Shown piece by piece: positions 11,734 to 24,538 of a stretch of DNA of 64,000 nt; within the stretch, counting starts at the first letter, position 1, and each line of letters starts with the position of its first letter. This DNA is from Eledone cirrhosa (taxonomy: Eukaryota): the NCBI GenBank assembly GCA_964016885.1, contig OZ024754.1:22258001-22322000 (forward strand), given 5' to 3'. The notes under the pieces were generated by a model. That model worked only from the letters and a program-made list of their open reading frames with translations, was not told the origin of the DNA and did no database searches. Made by a program: the position numbers and the translations under genes.

Positions 11734-12783
11734 ATGCCCACACGGAAACGTTCAAGACTTACCTACAAAAAAGATACAGCTACTGCTTTGAGACGACGAA
11801 TTAGGCGTTCTCAGGTATGCGTTCATTCACAATTGGTCAATCCTTTATGCAATATTCTCCTTTAATGTTAGCAAGCACTGCGTTTATCCTAACTATCACC
11901 ACTTTTAAGCAACTACAACATTCTAATCGTAGTTATATTAAATTTGTCTTACCTTGATTCCCTTTTGTTCATATTACACTTTTCTCATTTACTATTGGCA
12001 CAGTGCCTTTGGCTTAGCTAACCAGTTGCATTAATTAACTTTCTCTAGGAAACACCTGCTGAGCGCGAATCTCGACTCGCTGATAGACGTCTTTCCCGGC
12101 TGGTTGAGTCACCAATATTCCGTACGACAAGGCTTGCTGATGTTCGCCTTCGTCGCCAACAAGCGCTTGCGGAGTCACCAACATCCCGTACGACAAGGCT
12201 TGCTGATGTTAGCCTTCGTCGTCAACAAACGCTTGCGGAGGAGTCACCAACATTCCGTACGACAAGGCTTGCTGATGTTTGCCTTCGTCGCCAACAAACG
12301 CTTGCGGAGGAGTCACCAACATCCCATACGACGAGGCTTGCTGGTGTTCGCCTTCGTCGCCAACAAGCGTTGGCGGAGGAGTCACCAACATCCTGTACGA
12401 CGCGTCTTGCTGGCGTTCGTCGTCAACAAGCGCTTGCAGAGGAGTCCTCGGCAGACAGAGACAACAGGCTTGCTGCTAAGTGTTCCCGGCATACATTAGC
12501 TTCTGCTGCCAAGAGCTCAGGCTGAGTAAAAGCAGCCTTCAGATATAACCCCTCTGAGGATTACGGACTTCTGCCTACAGTTTCGATTGGCAAAATGGAT
12601 AATGTCTGTACATCCTGCAAGGCAATGAAGTGGCCAGGCGAGGCGCCTTCTGTGTGCTGTGCAGGAGGTAAGGTGCAGCTAGAGGCATTGTCTGACCCGC
12701 CACCCGTTCTTCTGAATCTACTTACAGGTGACGACACTACGGCTAAAACGTTCTGCCGTAACATGTGGAAATACAACTCATGA
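11734..12783 (+). pseudogene. N-terminal remnant of Helitron RepHel (two exons: 11734-11814 and 12049-12783) with 23-aa repeats and a zinc motif
   Basis: MPTRKRSRL...RRSQ joins across a GT..AG intron in phase 0 to ETPAERESRLAD and (EESPTSRTTRLADVRLRRQQALA)n. After one TGA it continues AAFRYNPSEDY...IGKMDNVCTSCKAMKWPGE...CCAGGKVQL. Confidence 0.8.
12100..12475 (+). repeat. About five copies of a 69-bp coding tandem repeat
   Basis: Unit GAGGAGTCACCAACATCCCGTACGACAAGGCTTGCTGATGTTCGCCTTCGTCGCCAACAAGCGCTTGCG. Confidence 0.9.
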
Positions 12784-13454
12784 TGACCTCCTTTGGTGTA
12801 GACAATAACAACACCAACAACAACGTTGCACCTGTGATGCACGGGAAGTAACTTTCACATATTTTAACAACAGACAAAAGGTCGACTTACACCCGGGAAA
12901 CGCCGGGTACTTCTGCTAGTATATATATATATATATGGGATAAGTTATCGTTATAGGTAATCTAGTTAGAGGTTATGGGTACTCCGCATCGTGGATAGTT
13001 TTAACGTACGGCTTTGTTTGACTCAACAAGATGTTTCCATAGTTATGCAGCGAGATCGCGGTAATTTCTATGCAGGTTATATTTGGAGTAATAATAGTTA
13101 AAGAAAGAAGAGTAACATGGTTGGCTGTACAATAAGGGCTTTATTTAAAGTACTGACAATTGTTTCGTTGATCAGGTGTGTCTAGACTTCGCTAATCGCT
13201 TGAGGTTGCGTCAGTCGATCTCCAATACATTGTTTACCACTTGTCAACACATCAGAGTATGAAGATATGAAAATAATTCACTCGAGGCAAGACATATAGA
13301 AAAAACAGCATAAAACCAAAACAATAACATCAATAATAAAACATGTATGGTAAATAGATAGAGAAGTTAGATGTAAAAAGTAAAATAGCATTAATAAGGA
13401 AGGACTTAGCATAGTAAAAAAACTGAAAATATCTGATAGAACCGAGCCTCTAAC

Positions 13455-15310
13455 CCCTTGTAAACCCACATTTAACCTAAAAGATCACAAAAATAATTTT
13501 GAAACAGACCCCACAATTAGATTAATATGCCCATCTAAGTCAGATATCGGTAGAATTAGCAATTATTTACTAGATAGTGTAATTGCACAAATTAAGGACA
13601 AACTAGTAGTTAAGCTATGGGGTAACACTAACGAAGCAATAGACTGGTTCAGCAAAATAAGCAATAGAGAAACATATAACTTCATACAAATCGACATTAA
13701 TGACTACTACTCATCCATTTCCCCAGTCACCCTGGGTAAAGCGCTAACCTTTACCCAGAAAAATTCGGACTTTACCTCGGACGAAATTAAAATAATACTA
13801 GCTGCTAGAAGGACTATCATTAAATTCGAAAATAATTACTGGGAACGAAAAAACAGACAGAATAGCTTCGATATCACAATGGGATCTAATGACTCAGCGC
13901 AGATAACGGACTTGGTGGGAATATATATATAGTGCACAACTTACATAAGGAATTCAATAACCTCCAAGGAGGAATTTATAGAGACGATACACTCCTTCTA
14001 GCCAAAAAATTTAAATAATCAGAACATGGAAAGATTACATAAAAACATTAGAATATTCTAGAATACCTAGGCCTAGGTATCACTTTCAAACTTAACTCTA
14101 AAAAAGCAAATTTCTTAGATGTAACTCTCAACCTAAACACAGGATTAATAGAGCCCTTTCATAAGAATAACGAAAATCTAGCCTACATTAGTTACAACTC
14201 AACCCACCCCCGATCCTTAATTAACTCCATAGCACATAGTATATCCCTCAGAATATCCCGCCTATCTTCGAACCTAGAAATTTTTAATGAACATGCAAAC
14301 TATTATAACATAGCTTTACATAAGACTGGATATAAGAAGCTGCAATACATACTAGAGACAACAACAACAAACCTAATGACATCAACACTACCCGCTCATA
14401 CAGAAATAACAAGCATAGGACTAAGCATAGAATTAGACAACAAGCACCAAAAATAACCGAACAGAGCACTAATACTAGGACCCCCAAAAACTATAAAAGA
14501 TCCAGAGAAAGAAAGTACCTATGGTTCAATCCAATATTCAACTCCTCTATAAAAACTAAACTACCTTCTACATTCTTTAAACTAATAGATAAGCACTTCC
14601 CTACACTACACAAATACCATAAAATCTTCAATAGAAAAGCTATAAAACTTTCATACTCTACTGCAGCCAACATAGAATCACACATACGTAAAATCAACCA
14701 CAAAAATATCTCTAAAGAAATTAACCTACCAACGCGCACCATAGCACCAAATACAAAACACAATCACATAACATCACAAACGCATCACAACGCATCACAA
14801 CAAAACATTAACAGGCCTAAATCACAACCAACCCACAACTTACAAAACCGCAACGACGAAGCTGCACATAATAAAACCTCAAATTGTAATTGCCACCTAC
14901 TGGATAAGTGCCCACTACGGAATAGATGCCTGGATTCGAGTATGGTGTATCTGTGTACTGTAGATTCAGGCAACTCTACCTGGCACAACATAGGTTCCAC
15001 AGCTGGGGTGTTTAAGAAGATGTGGTATGTCCACAGACACTCCATGAAGAACCCTGCACTGGAGAACTCTACAACGCTCGTCAATAAAATCTGGCAGCTT
15101 AAGGACAAAAACCTAGAATATAAGATTAGCTGGTCAAAATTATCGGTAGCAAAAGCCTGCAGCAACAGTATATCCCACTGCGGGCTTTATAATTTAGAAC
15201 TACTACATATTTTAAGGTACGATAGGATGCTGCTTAACAGCAAAATAGAAAGATCTATTTTCTGTAGGCATAAAATAGCTACTAGATTTACGAACTTCAA
15301 ACCACCATGA
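13455..15310 (+). pseudogene. PLE RT plus GIY-YIG endonuclease, frameshifted
   Basis: Motifs as listed for the element. The ORF at 14942-15310 gives VYLCTV...NIGST...FKKMWYVH...YKISW. Confidence 0.8.
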
Positions 15311-15902
15311 TTTGAACCAGCAATCCCAAAATTAGTACTAGTATACACACCATCGCACCGCTATTAGCTATCAAACTGCCAACTGGTCACTAGATCATAA
15401 ATCTCTACACTTCTTCCACCCTTTCTCCATAGACCCTATTAGGATAGAACAATCAGCAAAACATTTACAACAAGCGTTTATCAAACGTCCCGTCATCCCT
15501 AACCCATAAATATAATACATGTATACATCAAGTAATCTCTAATTTGTCTTTTCTTTTATTGGACCCTCTACACGTATTTATCTAGATCTCAAATCTGGTT
15601 TCTCATGTTAGCACCAACGAATCCATATAAGAACACTTACTCAAAAACTACTAACATCTACTTGCACTCTCTCACTTATTTATTTCTTTATATTTTCCAT
15701 TTCCTCATTTTATTTTTATATTTTAATGCACCCTATCTTATATTTTACTGTTTACATCTGTAACTTCTCTATTTACCATACATGTTTTATTATTGATGTT
15801 ATTGTTTTAATTATACGCTATTTTATTATTGATGTTATTGTTTTGGTTTTACGCTGTTTTTTCTATATGTCTTGCCTCGAGTGAATTATTTTCATATCTT
15901 CA

Positions 15903-16011
15903 TACTCTGATGTGTTGACAAGTGGTAAACAATGTATTGGAGATCGATTGACGCAACCTCAAGCGATTAGCGAGCTCTAGACACACCTGATCAACGAAAT
16001 AATTGTCAGTA
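15903..16011 (+). ncRNA. Type I hammerhead ribozyme motif (variant core, long stem II); second copy on the - strand at about 13151-13260
   Basis: TACT CTGATGT GTTGA...TCAAC GAAA(C/T) AATT GTC AGTA: stem I is TACT/AGTA and stem III is the palindrome ACAATTGT in the - copy. Confidence 0.7.
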
Positions 16012-16208
16012 CTTTAAATAAAGCCCTTATTGTACAGCCAACCATGTTACTCTTCTTTCTTTAACTATATATATATATATATATAGGAATGAGTAGGACC
16101 CCGACGGCTGAGCTCAAGCCGTGTCGACGGCTAATTCTGGACGCAGTATTGAGTACTTTGGTGCGTTATGGTCCACCTGGTTCCTTACCACATTTCCTTC
16201 GTTATATA

Positions 16209-16241
<33 letters not shown>

Positions 16242-16388
16242 ATGTATGTATGTGTATATGTGTATATGTATGCATGTATATATATATATGTATGTATGGG
16301 TATATATGTATGTATGTGTATATATATGCATGTGTACATGTATGTATGTGTATATGTATGTATGTGTATATATATATGTATGTATGTA

Positions 16389-17417
16389 CATCATCATCAT
16401 CACCGTTTTACGTCCGTTCTTCCACGCTAGCATGGGTTAGACGGGTTGTCCTGTTGTGGGCAGTGTCTGGTCGGCTGACCATGCCTTGCTCATACAGGAA
16501 CTGATCTGGCTTGATTTCTACAGCTGGATGCCCTTCCTAACACCAACCTCATTTACAGTGAGTGCTGGGTGCTTTTTCGTGGCGCCTACACGTCCACTTT
16601 ATAGTGTGGGCTGGGTGCTTTTTTGCCGTGGCACCTCCACGGCCACCTTGCGGTGGGGTGAGTGGGGGCATATTGTTTATATGCTTCAGCATGTACCCAT
16701 GGGAGGTCGGGTACCCTGTATTACTGCGTGACGCCAGATGTCACAGTCGTGTGTCATTGTCTTTGAGAGGTGTAGTTGGGTAAGGTCGGCTTTTATCACC
16801 TCATCCCATGTCATCTTGGGTCTCCCCACTCCGCGGTTTCCATCAACTTCTAGTGCTCTGCACCTTTTTATGCAGCTGTCATCCTTCATACGCATCACAT
16901 GTCCATACCAGCGTAACCGTCTCTCCTGCACGCAGCATTTGATTCCTCTTATGCTTTGTCGTTCACGTATATTACTGTTACACATCCATCGGAGCATGCA
17001 GGCTTCGTTTCTCTCTAATCTATGTAAGTCTTCCACCTTCAGCGCCCAGGTCTCACTACCATGCAACATCGCTGTTCGGATACACGCATCATACAGTCTG
17101 CCTTTCATTCTGAGGGAGAAGCCTTTTGCAGCTAGCAGTGGTAGTAGTTCCCTAAACTTCTTCCATCCCGTTCTTACCCTAGTTATTGTACTTTCTGAGC
17201 ACCCACCTCCGTTGCTAATTCGGTCACCTAGGTAGCAGAAGCTGTCTACTGTTTCTACAGGGCCCTCCCAGAGATTGGTGGTACTTGTTTCCTGTGGCTG
17301 TTTGCTTGCTGTTTCAGCACAGCTGCTGCATGTGAATCCTACATTCTTAATTAAGCTTCCTGAGATCCCGCTACATCTCTTGTGTACCCATTGTTTGCAT
17401 TTGGGGCAGAGAATGGA
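16389..17417 (-). mobile_element. 5'-truncated RTE LINE (subfamily A)
   Basis: Near-identical to 44298-45357, with a (GAT)n tail and an in-frame deletion of NELRERLSI. Confidence 0.95.
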
Positions 17418-17476
17418 TTATATATATATGTATGTATGTGTGTGTATATATATATATGTATGTGTGTGTATATATA

Positions 17477-18539
17477 CCGGGTGCGGACGATATTTGTTCG
17501 CAAGATTACTGTCTAGGAACAAATAACACAGTAGTTTTATTTTTTAAGATATATTTATCAAACTTGGGTCAGTTTGTCTTCATGACTTGTTCTTTCGATC
17601 TCACTCGATAAACCCGCCATTGGCTTTGATGACGGCCTCAAGGTGGCCTCGGAACCGGCTACATGCCTTCGTCACTGTCCCCCAACTTAGGCCCCTAAAG
17701 GCACTTGTGATCCTGGCCTTCAGATCGTCTTTCGTATTGCAGCTAGATCTGTTGGTGTCTCGTTCCACTGCACCCCACACAAAGAAGCAAGGGGGTTGCA
17801 GTCAGGCGAGCTGGGAGGCCAGATGTCAGGTGAAGTGTGATCGACAAAGTTCTCTGACAGCCAGGCTTGTATGTTTCAGCTGGTATGGCAGGGCGCTGAG
17901 TATTGCTGCCACACGTATGGCCTACCTGCAGCTACCTGGTCGATCCAGGGCTTTACTACCTCGCTCAGAACGCGGATGTAGCCATTGCTGTTCAGCTTGA
18001 GGTCCTCAGGGAAGAAGTGAAGTGGCATGACGACACCTAAGACCAATGTTGTCGTGGGAAACTTTGTCTGCATGACTCTGGGCACATCTTTGGATGAGAC
18101 AGCGAGCCACCTGTTGTTCTGGCAGTTGATCTTCTGGTCTTGGCAGAAGTGTTCCTCGTCGGAGAAAAACCACATCTTGTATGACACGTAGCAAATGTCT
18201 TCATGTACCACCAGCCTAATGAGCTTTTCCTCCACGCCTTTCTCCCTTCCAATGGCACGCATCGACTTCCTGGGTTCATTGTTGATGATATTCTGAACTT
18301 CAGCGACGAACTCGGGCGTTCTGGCTGCTCAGATCATCGATCATGTGTTTTCCTCTCTGATGTTGCTTCGTGTCTCTTCCACAAATTTGGAGGTTCAAAA
18401 TTATTCGTAATCAATTTTTCTGAAAATAAATAATGGAAATATAGTCAGTTTTTATGAAAACAAGAGTGACAACGGAAGTAAAAAAAATTTGCATAGTATT
18501 AGCAGTTGAAAATTGCGAACAAATATCGTCCACACCCTG
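17477..18539 (-). mobile_element. Defective Tc1/mariner-superfamily transposon (maT/DD37D-like)
   Basis: 27-bp TIRs C(C/A)GGGTG(C/T)GGACGATATTTGTTCGCAA flanked by TA. The transposase remnant has WFFSDE, WQQYSAPCH and WPPSSPDCNPL. Confidence 0.9.
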
Positions 18540-19081
18540 TATATGTATATATGTGTGTATATATATATGGATGTATGTGTATGTGTGTATGTATGTATGT
18601 GTATATATGTATGTATGTGTATATATGTATGTATGTATGTATGTATATATGTATGTATGTATGTGTATATATATGTATATATATATGTATGTGTATATAT
18701 ATGTATATATATATGTATGTGTATATATATGTATATATATATGTATGTGTATATATATGTATGTGTATATATATGTGTATATATATGTATGTATATATAT
18801 GTGTATATATATGTGTATATATATGTATGTATATATATGTGTATGTATATATGTATGTATATATGTATGTATGTATGTATGTATATATGTATGTATGTAT
18901 GTATGTATATATGTATGTATGTATATATATATGTATGTGTATATATATGTATGTGTATATATATGTATGTGTATATATATATGTATGTGTATATATATAT
19001 GTATGTGTATATATATGTATGTGTATATATATGTATGTGTATATATATGTATGTGTATATATATATATATGTATGTGTATA

Positions 19082-19139
<58 letters not shown>

Positions 19140-19146
19140 CATATAT
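18540..19146. repeat. Compound (TA)n/(TATG)n microsatellite
   Basis: Directly visible. Confidence 0.95.
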
Positions 19147-19375
19147 ATGTTTTCTCTTTCTCTTAATTTCGAGTATATTTTTTTGACCGGCCACCTTCCT
19201 GGTGGCAAGGTTGTAAAAGAAAAGAAATTGTCATCCCTTGAATCGCAAGAATGTTTTGCAAATTTTGAAGGTGCCAGCTATCGCAGCCATTTGTAGACTA
19301 TGAATTAGGGAGCTGCGCTTTTTTGTCCGCAAATCCAAGTTCGGTCATACTTTGGTCCAAGCGGGTTGGTATATA
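19147..19375 (-). mobile_element. Short 3' end of the R4/Dong-like element
   Basis: Nearly identical to 33570-33796 (YIPTRLDQSMTELGF... and 3' UTR). Confidence 0.9.
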
Positions 19376-19679
19376 GCATATATGTATGTATATGCATATG
19401 TATGTATGTATGTGCATATGTATGTATGTGTATATGTATGTATGTGTATATATATGTATGTGTATATATATATGTGTGTATATATATATATATATGTATG
19501 TGTATATATATATGTATGTGTATATATATATATGTATGTGTATATATATATATGTATGTGTGTGCATATATATATGTATGTGTGTGCATATATATATGTG
19601 TATATATATATATGTATGTGTGTGCATATATATATGTGCATATATATATGTATGTATGTGTATATATATATGTATCCCC

Positions 19680-21755
19680 CTCCCCCCCCCAGTTCCTTTC
19701 CCTGTTCTAGGCTCCGCTGCAACACCTGTCCCCACATCACCAACACCACCACCTTCCAGGGTCCCAACGGCCACTCTCTCTCGGTTCGGCATGCCTTCCG
19801 CTGCACCTCCTCCAACCTAGTCTACGGACTTCGCTGCACTCCGTGCAGCGCGACTTATGTTGGACAGACGGGACGTCGCCTGGCGGACCGAGTCACGGAG
19901 CACCTCCGGGATATTCGTCTCAGGGGCAGTTCCCCCATCGCCCGCCACTTTGGTGGCCCTGGACATTCCGCACGCCATCTCACAGTCTGTGGCCTACTCC
20001 AGTGCCACGGAACACCCACCAATCGCCTTACGGTCGAACAACGAACTATCTTTAGCTTACAGACCCACACTCCCCCCGGCCTGAACTACCCACCCTTATT
20101 CCTTTAGCCTTCGACCGCCCCCCTCCCCCCACACTTATCCCCCACTAACACCACTAACACACCCTCCTTTTCACCGCCCACCCCACAACTAAATACTAAC
20201 ACCTCCACTCCACCCCTCATCTGACCACCCTTCCCCAACTAAGATACTAACATCCCTTCCCTCCCCTCTTCTCCTCCCCCCTCCTTATCACACGCACACA
20301 CCCACCGGCACATATATACACGCGCTCACACTAAACACACACCCTACTACCACCACTAACCCTCACCCCCACACCTCCATCCCTCCATCCCACCACCCTG
20401 CAACTAACCTCACTAACACCCCCTAACCCCAAGCACACGAACACACGCACCCACTTACACCACCCACCCCACACGCAACTAACATCACTAACACCCCCAA
20501 CCCCACACACACGTACCCACACACCCTCGTACACCACCAACTCTACACACCCTACCACCACCACTAACCCCCACTCACACCTGCATTCAACCCCTCCCCA
20601 CCTCCCGTATACTAACACCCACTAACACCTCTTCATCAAACTACACACACACCAGTACACCACACTCCCTCCATAGAACCACACACACCTTTCTCTCCCC
20701 GCTCCACCCACACCCTCGCTCCACACTCACTCATCCCACTAACACCCCTACTAATACACACACACACACCCCCTCCTCACTCCAACTTTCACACCTACCC
20801 ATCCTCGCCCCTTTACCATTCCACCGACTGCTGCTATGCCCTTTGACCACCTCCCAGCACAAACAGACCACAGCACTCCCACTGCTGACCACTTCCTGTT
20901 GCGCGCGCACCCCACATCTCTCCTCTTCCGACCATCGCTTCATGGAATACCCACACGCAGAAATTGACGAACAACCAATCCACTAAACATCTTCGGAATT
21001 TACCAACTTTTCAACTATCCTCTTACGTAATCAACTATATAACTCACCCACACACACACCCCAAAAAAATTTTTTTCTCCACACGCCACCTACACCCACA
21101 ATACGCTTAAACCCCACACACACGTACTTTCCACCACATATTTCCACCCTCAGCCTCCTGATTCCTCTCCCCCCACCCCTCTATCCACACACGCACAGAC
21201 ACTCCGACCCACAAACCCCCCCACACACGCACAGACACTCCGACCCACAAACCCCCCCACACACACACCTCTTCCTGAATATGCAACCTTGTTCTTCCCC
21301 CAACCCTTACTTTCACATACACACGCACACCTACACACACACACCACCTTCAGCCCTCCCCGCTCGGACACCCCGTCTCCCTCTCCCACTCCACCCGCCA
21401 CCACCCCTACACACCCCACACCCTTCCACCACCTGTTTACCCCCCTTTTAATTTCAGTTTATTTTGATCATGCCTTTATTTTTTAATTTATCTCATTCCT
21501 TGTATTTTGATCATGCTTTATTTTCATTTTTATCTTTATTTTTTATTTTTTCATTCGCACCGTTTCCTTTCGCTATATGTCTCTCCACCACTCCCCTACA
21601 CACCCTTTGAACTCTGTTCCCACACACTTCTCACCTGAGGAAGGGCTTATGCCCGAAACGTCGTCCCCCACCAACACCCCACTCTCCAGAGCGTGAAATT
21701 AATAAACATTCGTTGTACTGCCTCTCTGTTTTGTCCCTGTTCAAATTTTTCCATT
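19680..21755 (+). mobile_element. Penelope-like element 2 (Neptune-like), GIY-YIG domain plus long C/A-rich 3' region
   Basis: FPCSRLRCNTC...FRCTSSNLVYGLRCTPCSATYVGQTGRRLADRVTEH...IARHF...GLN, stop at 20107. A hammerhead motif and AATAAA lie near the 3' end. Confidence 0.88.
21633..21664 (+). ncRNA. Minimal hammerhead ribozyme motif
   Basis: CTGAGGA AGGGCTTATGCCC GAAAC GTC. Stem I is weak. Confidence 0.7.
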
Positions 21756-21774
21756 ATATATATATGTATGTGTA

Positions 21775-24200
21775 TATTTATTAAAATAACAGATTAAAGT
21801 TTAAGCAAAGAATCGCTGCTTTCACCCTTAACGGGATCTTCTGAAACTAACAAAGTCAATCTGTAAACGCAGAACTGGATATTTCAAAAAACGTTGCAAC
21901 CGGAGGAAGACAGGAAGACGATACTTTGGTTCATGGTAACGTTCGCTGGCAAAGAATGGGAAAAAACGAATAATACGTCATTAATAGGAGCGGTGAAAAA
22001 CAATTACGCGCAAAGACAAAACCACGTTTATGGTATAAAAGAGGTTGTAGACTAATGTTCTCTTAGGTGGTGCATAGAGACGTTCTCTGGCAATGAACGA
22101 AAAAACGAAGATAATAAGTCATATGTGGAGCGTGGAGAACAATAGCACGCAACGACAAAACCACGTAAATGGTATAGCAGAAATCGTAGACTAAAATTCT
22201 AACTAGGAGACCAAATGAATCTCCGCTACAGAGTTAAGAACAAAGTAAATAAATACAATACAGAAGTAATAGAAACAAATAAATACATACACGCAAACAG
22301 ATATGTACATACACAAGCATACGCAAAACCTTACCATGGGTATACAAAACCACGCACATATAAATAAATGTGTGTGTATGCTTGTGTACAAATAAATAAA
22401 TAATTATATAAACGTATATAAGTAAATAAATACGTATATAACAAGCGCACACGCATACCTACATATAAATACACGAATGTTCGGAGACGTAAGTCATCTA
22501 AAACAAGAAGTACACATATACACACACCCACCATACGTACGAACCTGCACACTCACGCGGACGCAAAACTCCCGTATACACATAGCCAAACCCTAAATAC
22601 CAGAATATGTAAAAATTATACGCTATAACAGTCAAATATACGTACGAGAAGGTATACATACCTTCACAGAACATACGGGTAATATATACTTACCTATGCA
22701 AATAAGTAAAGGAATAAACAAACATATACTTAGCTCCCACATCAAGACGTAAAATATCCACGTATAGATCGTGCTATCCGTTAGGGTATAACGTGGGGCT
22801 GTAATACAGGAAAGTTTTGTGCAATTTATGTTTACAAGCCGAAATTGCCTCAGATTTTTTGTTTAAGATGTGGTCTGTAGCGTAGAGTATTTCCAGGGCC
22901 TCAGCGGCGCAGAGTTCACATCTAAGAAGTAATATGACGTCACTTTCAGCTTATATCTGGAGTCTAAAAGACAACCACACCCAATATAAGTTACACTGGG
23001 AGATCCTAGCTAGGGCTAGATCGTATAACGGAAATAAAAGACCATGTGACCTCTGCGCCACTGAGGCCCTGGAAATACTCTACGCCACAGACCACATCTT
23101 AAACAAAAGATGTGAGGCAATTTCGGCTTGTAAACATAAATTGCACAAAACTTTCCTGTATTACAGCCCCACGTTATACCCTAACGGATAGCACGATCTA
23201 TATGTGGATATTTTACGTCTTGATGTGGGAGCTAAGTATATGTTTGTTTATTCCTTTACTTATTTGCATAGGTAAGTATATATTACCCGTATGTTCTGTG
23301 AAGGTATGTATACCTTCTCGTACGTATATTTGACTGTTATAGCGTATAATTTTTACATATTCTGGTATTTAGGGTTTGGCTATGTGTATACGGGAGTTTT
23401 GCGTCCGCGTGAGTGTGCAGGTTCGTACGTATGGTGGGTGTGTGTATATGTGTACTTCTTGTTTTAGATGACTTACGTCTCCGAACATTCGTGTATTTAT
23501 ATGTAGGTATGCGTGTGCGCTTGTTATATACGTATTTATTTACTTATATACGTTTATATAATTATTTATTTATTTGTACACAAGCATACACACACATTTA
23601 TTTATATGTGCGTGGTTTTGTATACCCATGGTAAGGTTTTGCGTATGCTTGTGTATGTATTTATTTGTTTCTATTACTTCTGTATTGTATTTATTTACTT
23701 TGTTCTTAACTCTGTAGCGGAGATTCATTTGGTCTCCTAGTTAGAATTTTAGTCTACGATTTCTGCTATACCATTTACGTGGTTTTGTCGTTGCATGCTA
23801 TTGTTCTCCACGCTCCACATATGACTTATTATCTTCGTTTTTTCGTTCATTGCCAGAGAACGTCTCTATGCACCACCTAAGAGAACATTAGTCTACGACC
23901 TCTTTTATACCATAAACGTGGTTTTGTCTTTGCGCGTAATTGTTTTTCACCGCTCCTATTAATGACGTATTATTCGTTTTTTCCCTGTCTTCCTCCGGTT
24001 GCAACGTTTTTTGAAATATCCAGTTCTGCGTTTACAGATTGACCTTGTTAGTTTCAGAAGATCCTGTTAAGGGTGAAAGCAGCAATTCTTTGCTTAAACT
24101 TTAATCTGTTATTTTAATAAATATTTGCTCTACGGTTCTTATATATTTGATATATATTTTCCTTATCGAGCCCTCTTTGGATTTTAGTCTTCAATTTTAT
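21775..24200 (+). mobile_element. Penelope-like element 3, present as a palindrome: arm 21775-22920 (-) and 22921-24200 (+)
   Basis: The ORF at 22934-23191 (TSLSAYIWSLKD...WEIL..ARSYN...CDLCATE...ILNKRCE..S.CKH) is a PLE GIY-YIG C-terminus. The arms are about 1.1 kb and near-identical. Confidence 0.88.
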
Positions 24201-24209
24201 TATTATTAC

Positions 24210-24387
24210 TATGTATGTGTATATATATATATATGTATGTGTTTATATATGTATGTGTATATATATATATATATATGTATGTGTTTATATATGTATGTGT
24301 ATATATATATATATATGTATGTGTATATATATATATATATATATGTGTATATATATATATATATATATGTGTATATATATATATATA

Positions 24388-24420
<33 letters not shown>

Positions 24421-24440
24421 GTGTATATATATATATATAT

Positions 24441-24474
<34 letters not shown>

Positions 24475-24477
24475 GTG

Positions 24478-24538
<61 letters not shown>

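Larger units (their letters stand above)
9880..12919 (+). mobile_element. Non-autonomous (internally deleted) Helitron
   Basis: The 5' end is A|TC. The 3' end has the hairpin CCCGGGAAACGCCGGG, then CTAG|T, with no TSD. The interior carries a Helitron N-terminal zinc motif. Confidence 0.88.
12937..16067 (+). mobile_element. Penelope-like element 1 (5'-truncated, probably Hydra-clade-like) with an inverted pLTR at its 5' end
   Basis: Decayed RT motifs (LKDHKNNF..IRLICPSKSDIG, FDITMGSNDSAQITDLVG, GIYRDD, NFLDVTLNL), a CNC...CPL...CL linker and a GIY-YIG-type C-terminus. 13094-13388 is the reverse complement of about 15742-16067. Confidence 0.88.

Noticed and set aside
12104-12499. 131-aa repetitive ORF (SHQHPVRQGLL...)
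   Set aside because: This is the wrong frame of the Helitron 69-bp repeat. The other frame is continuous with the Helitron zinc motif.
20108-21450. Telomeric repeat array
   Set aside because: Only isolated CCCTAA-like words occur, with no tandem (TTAGGG)n.
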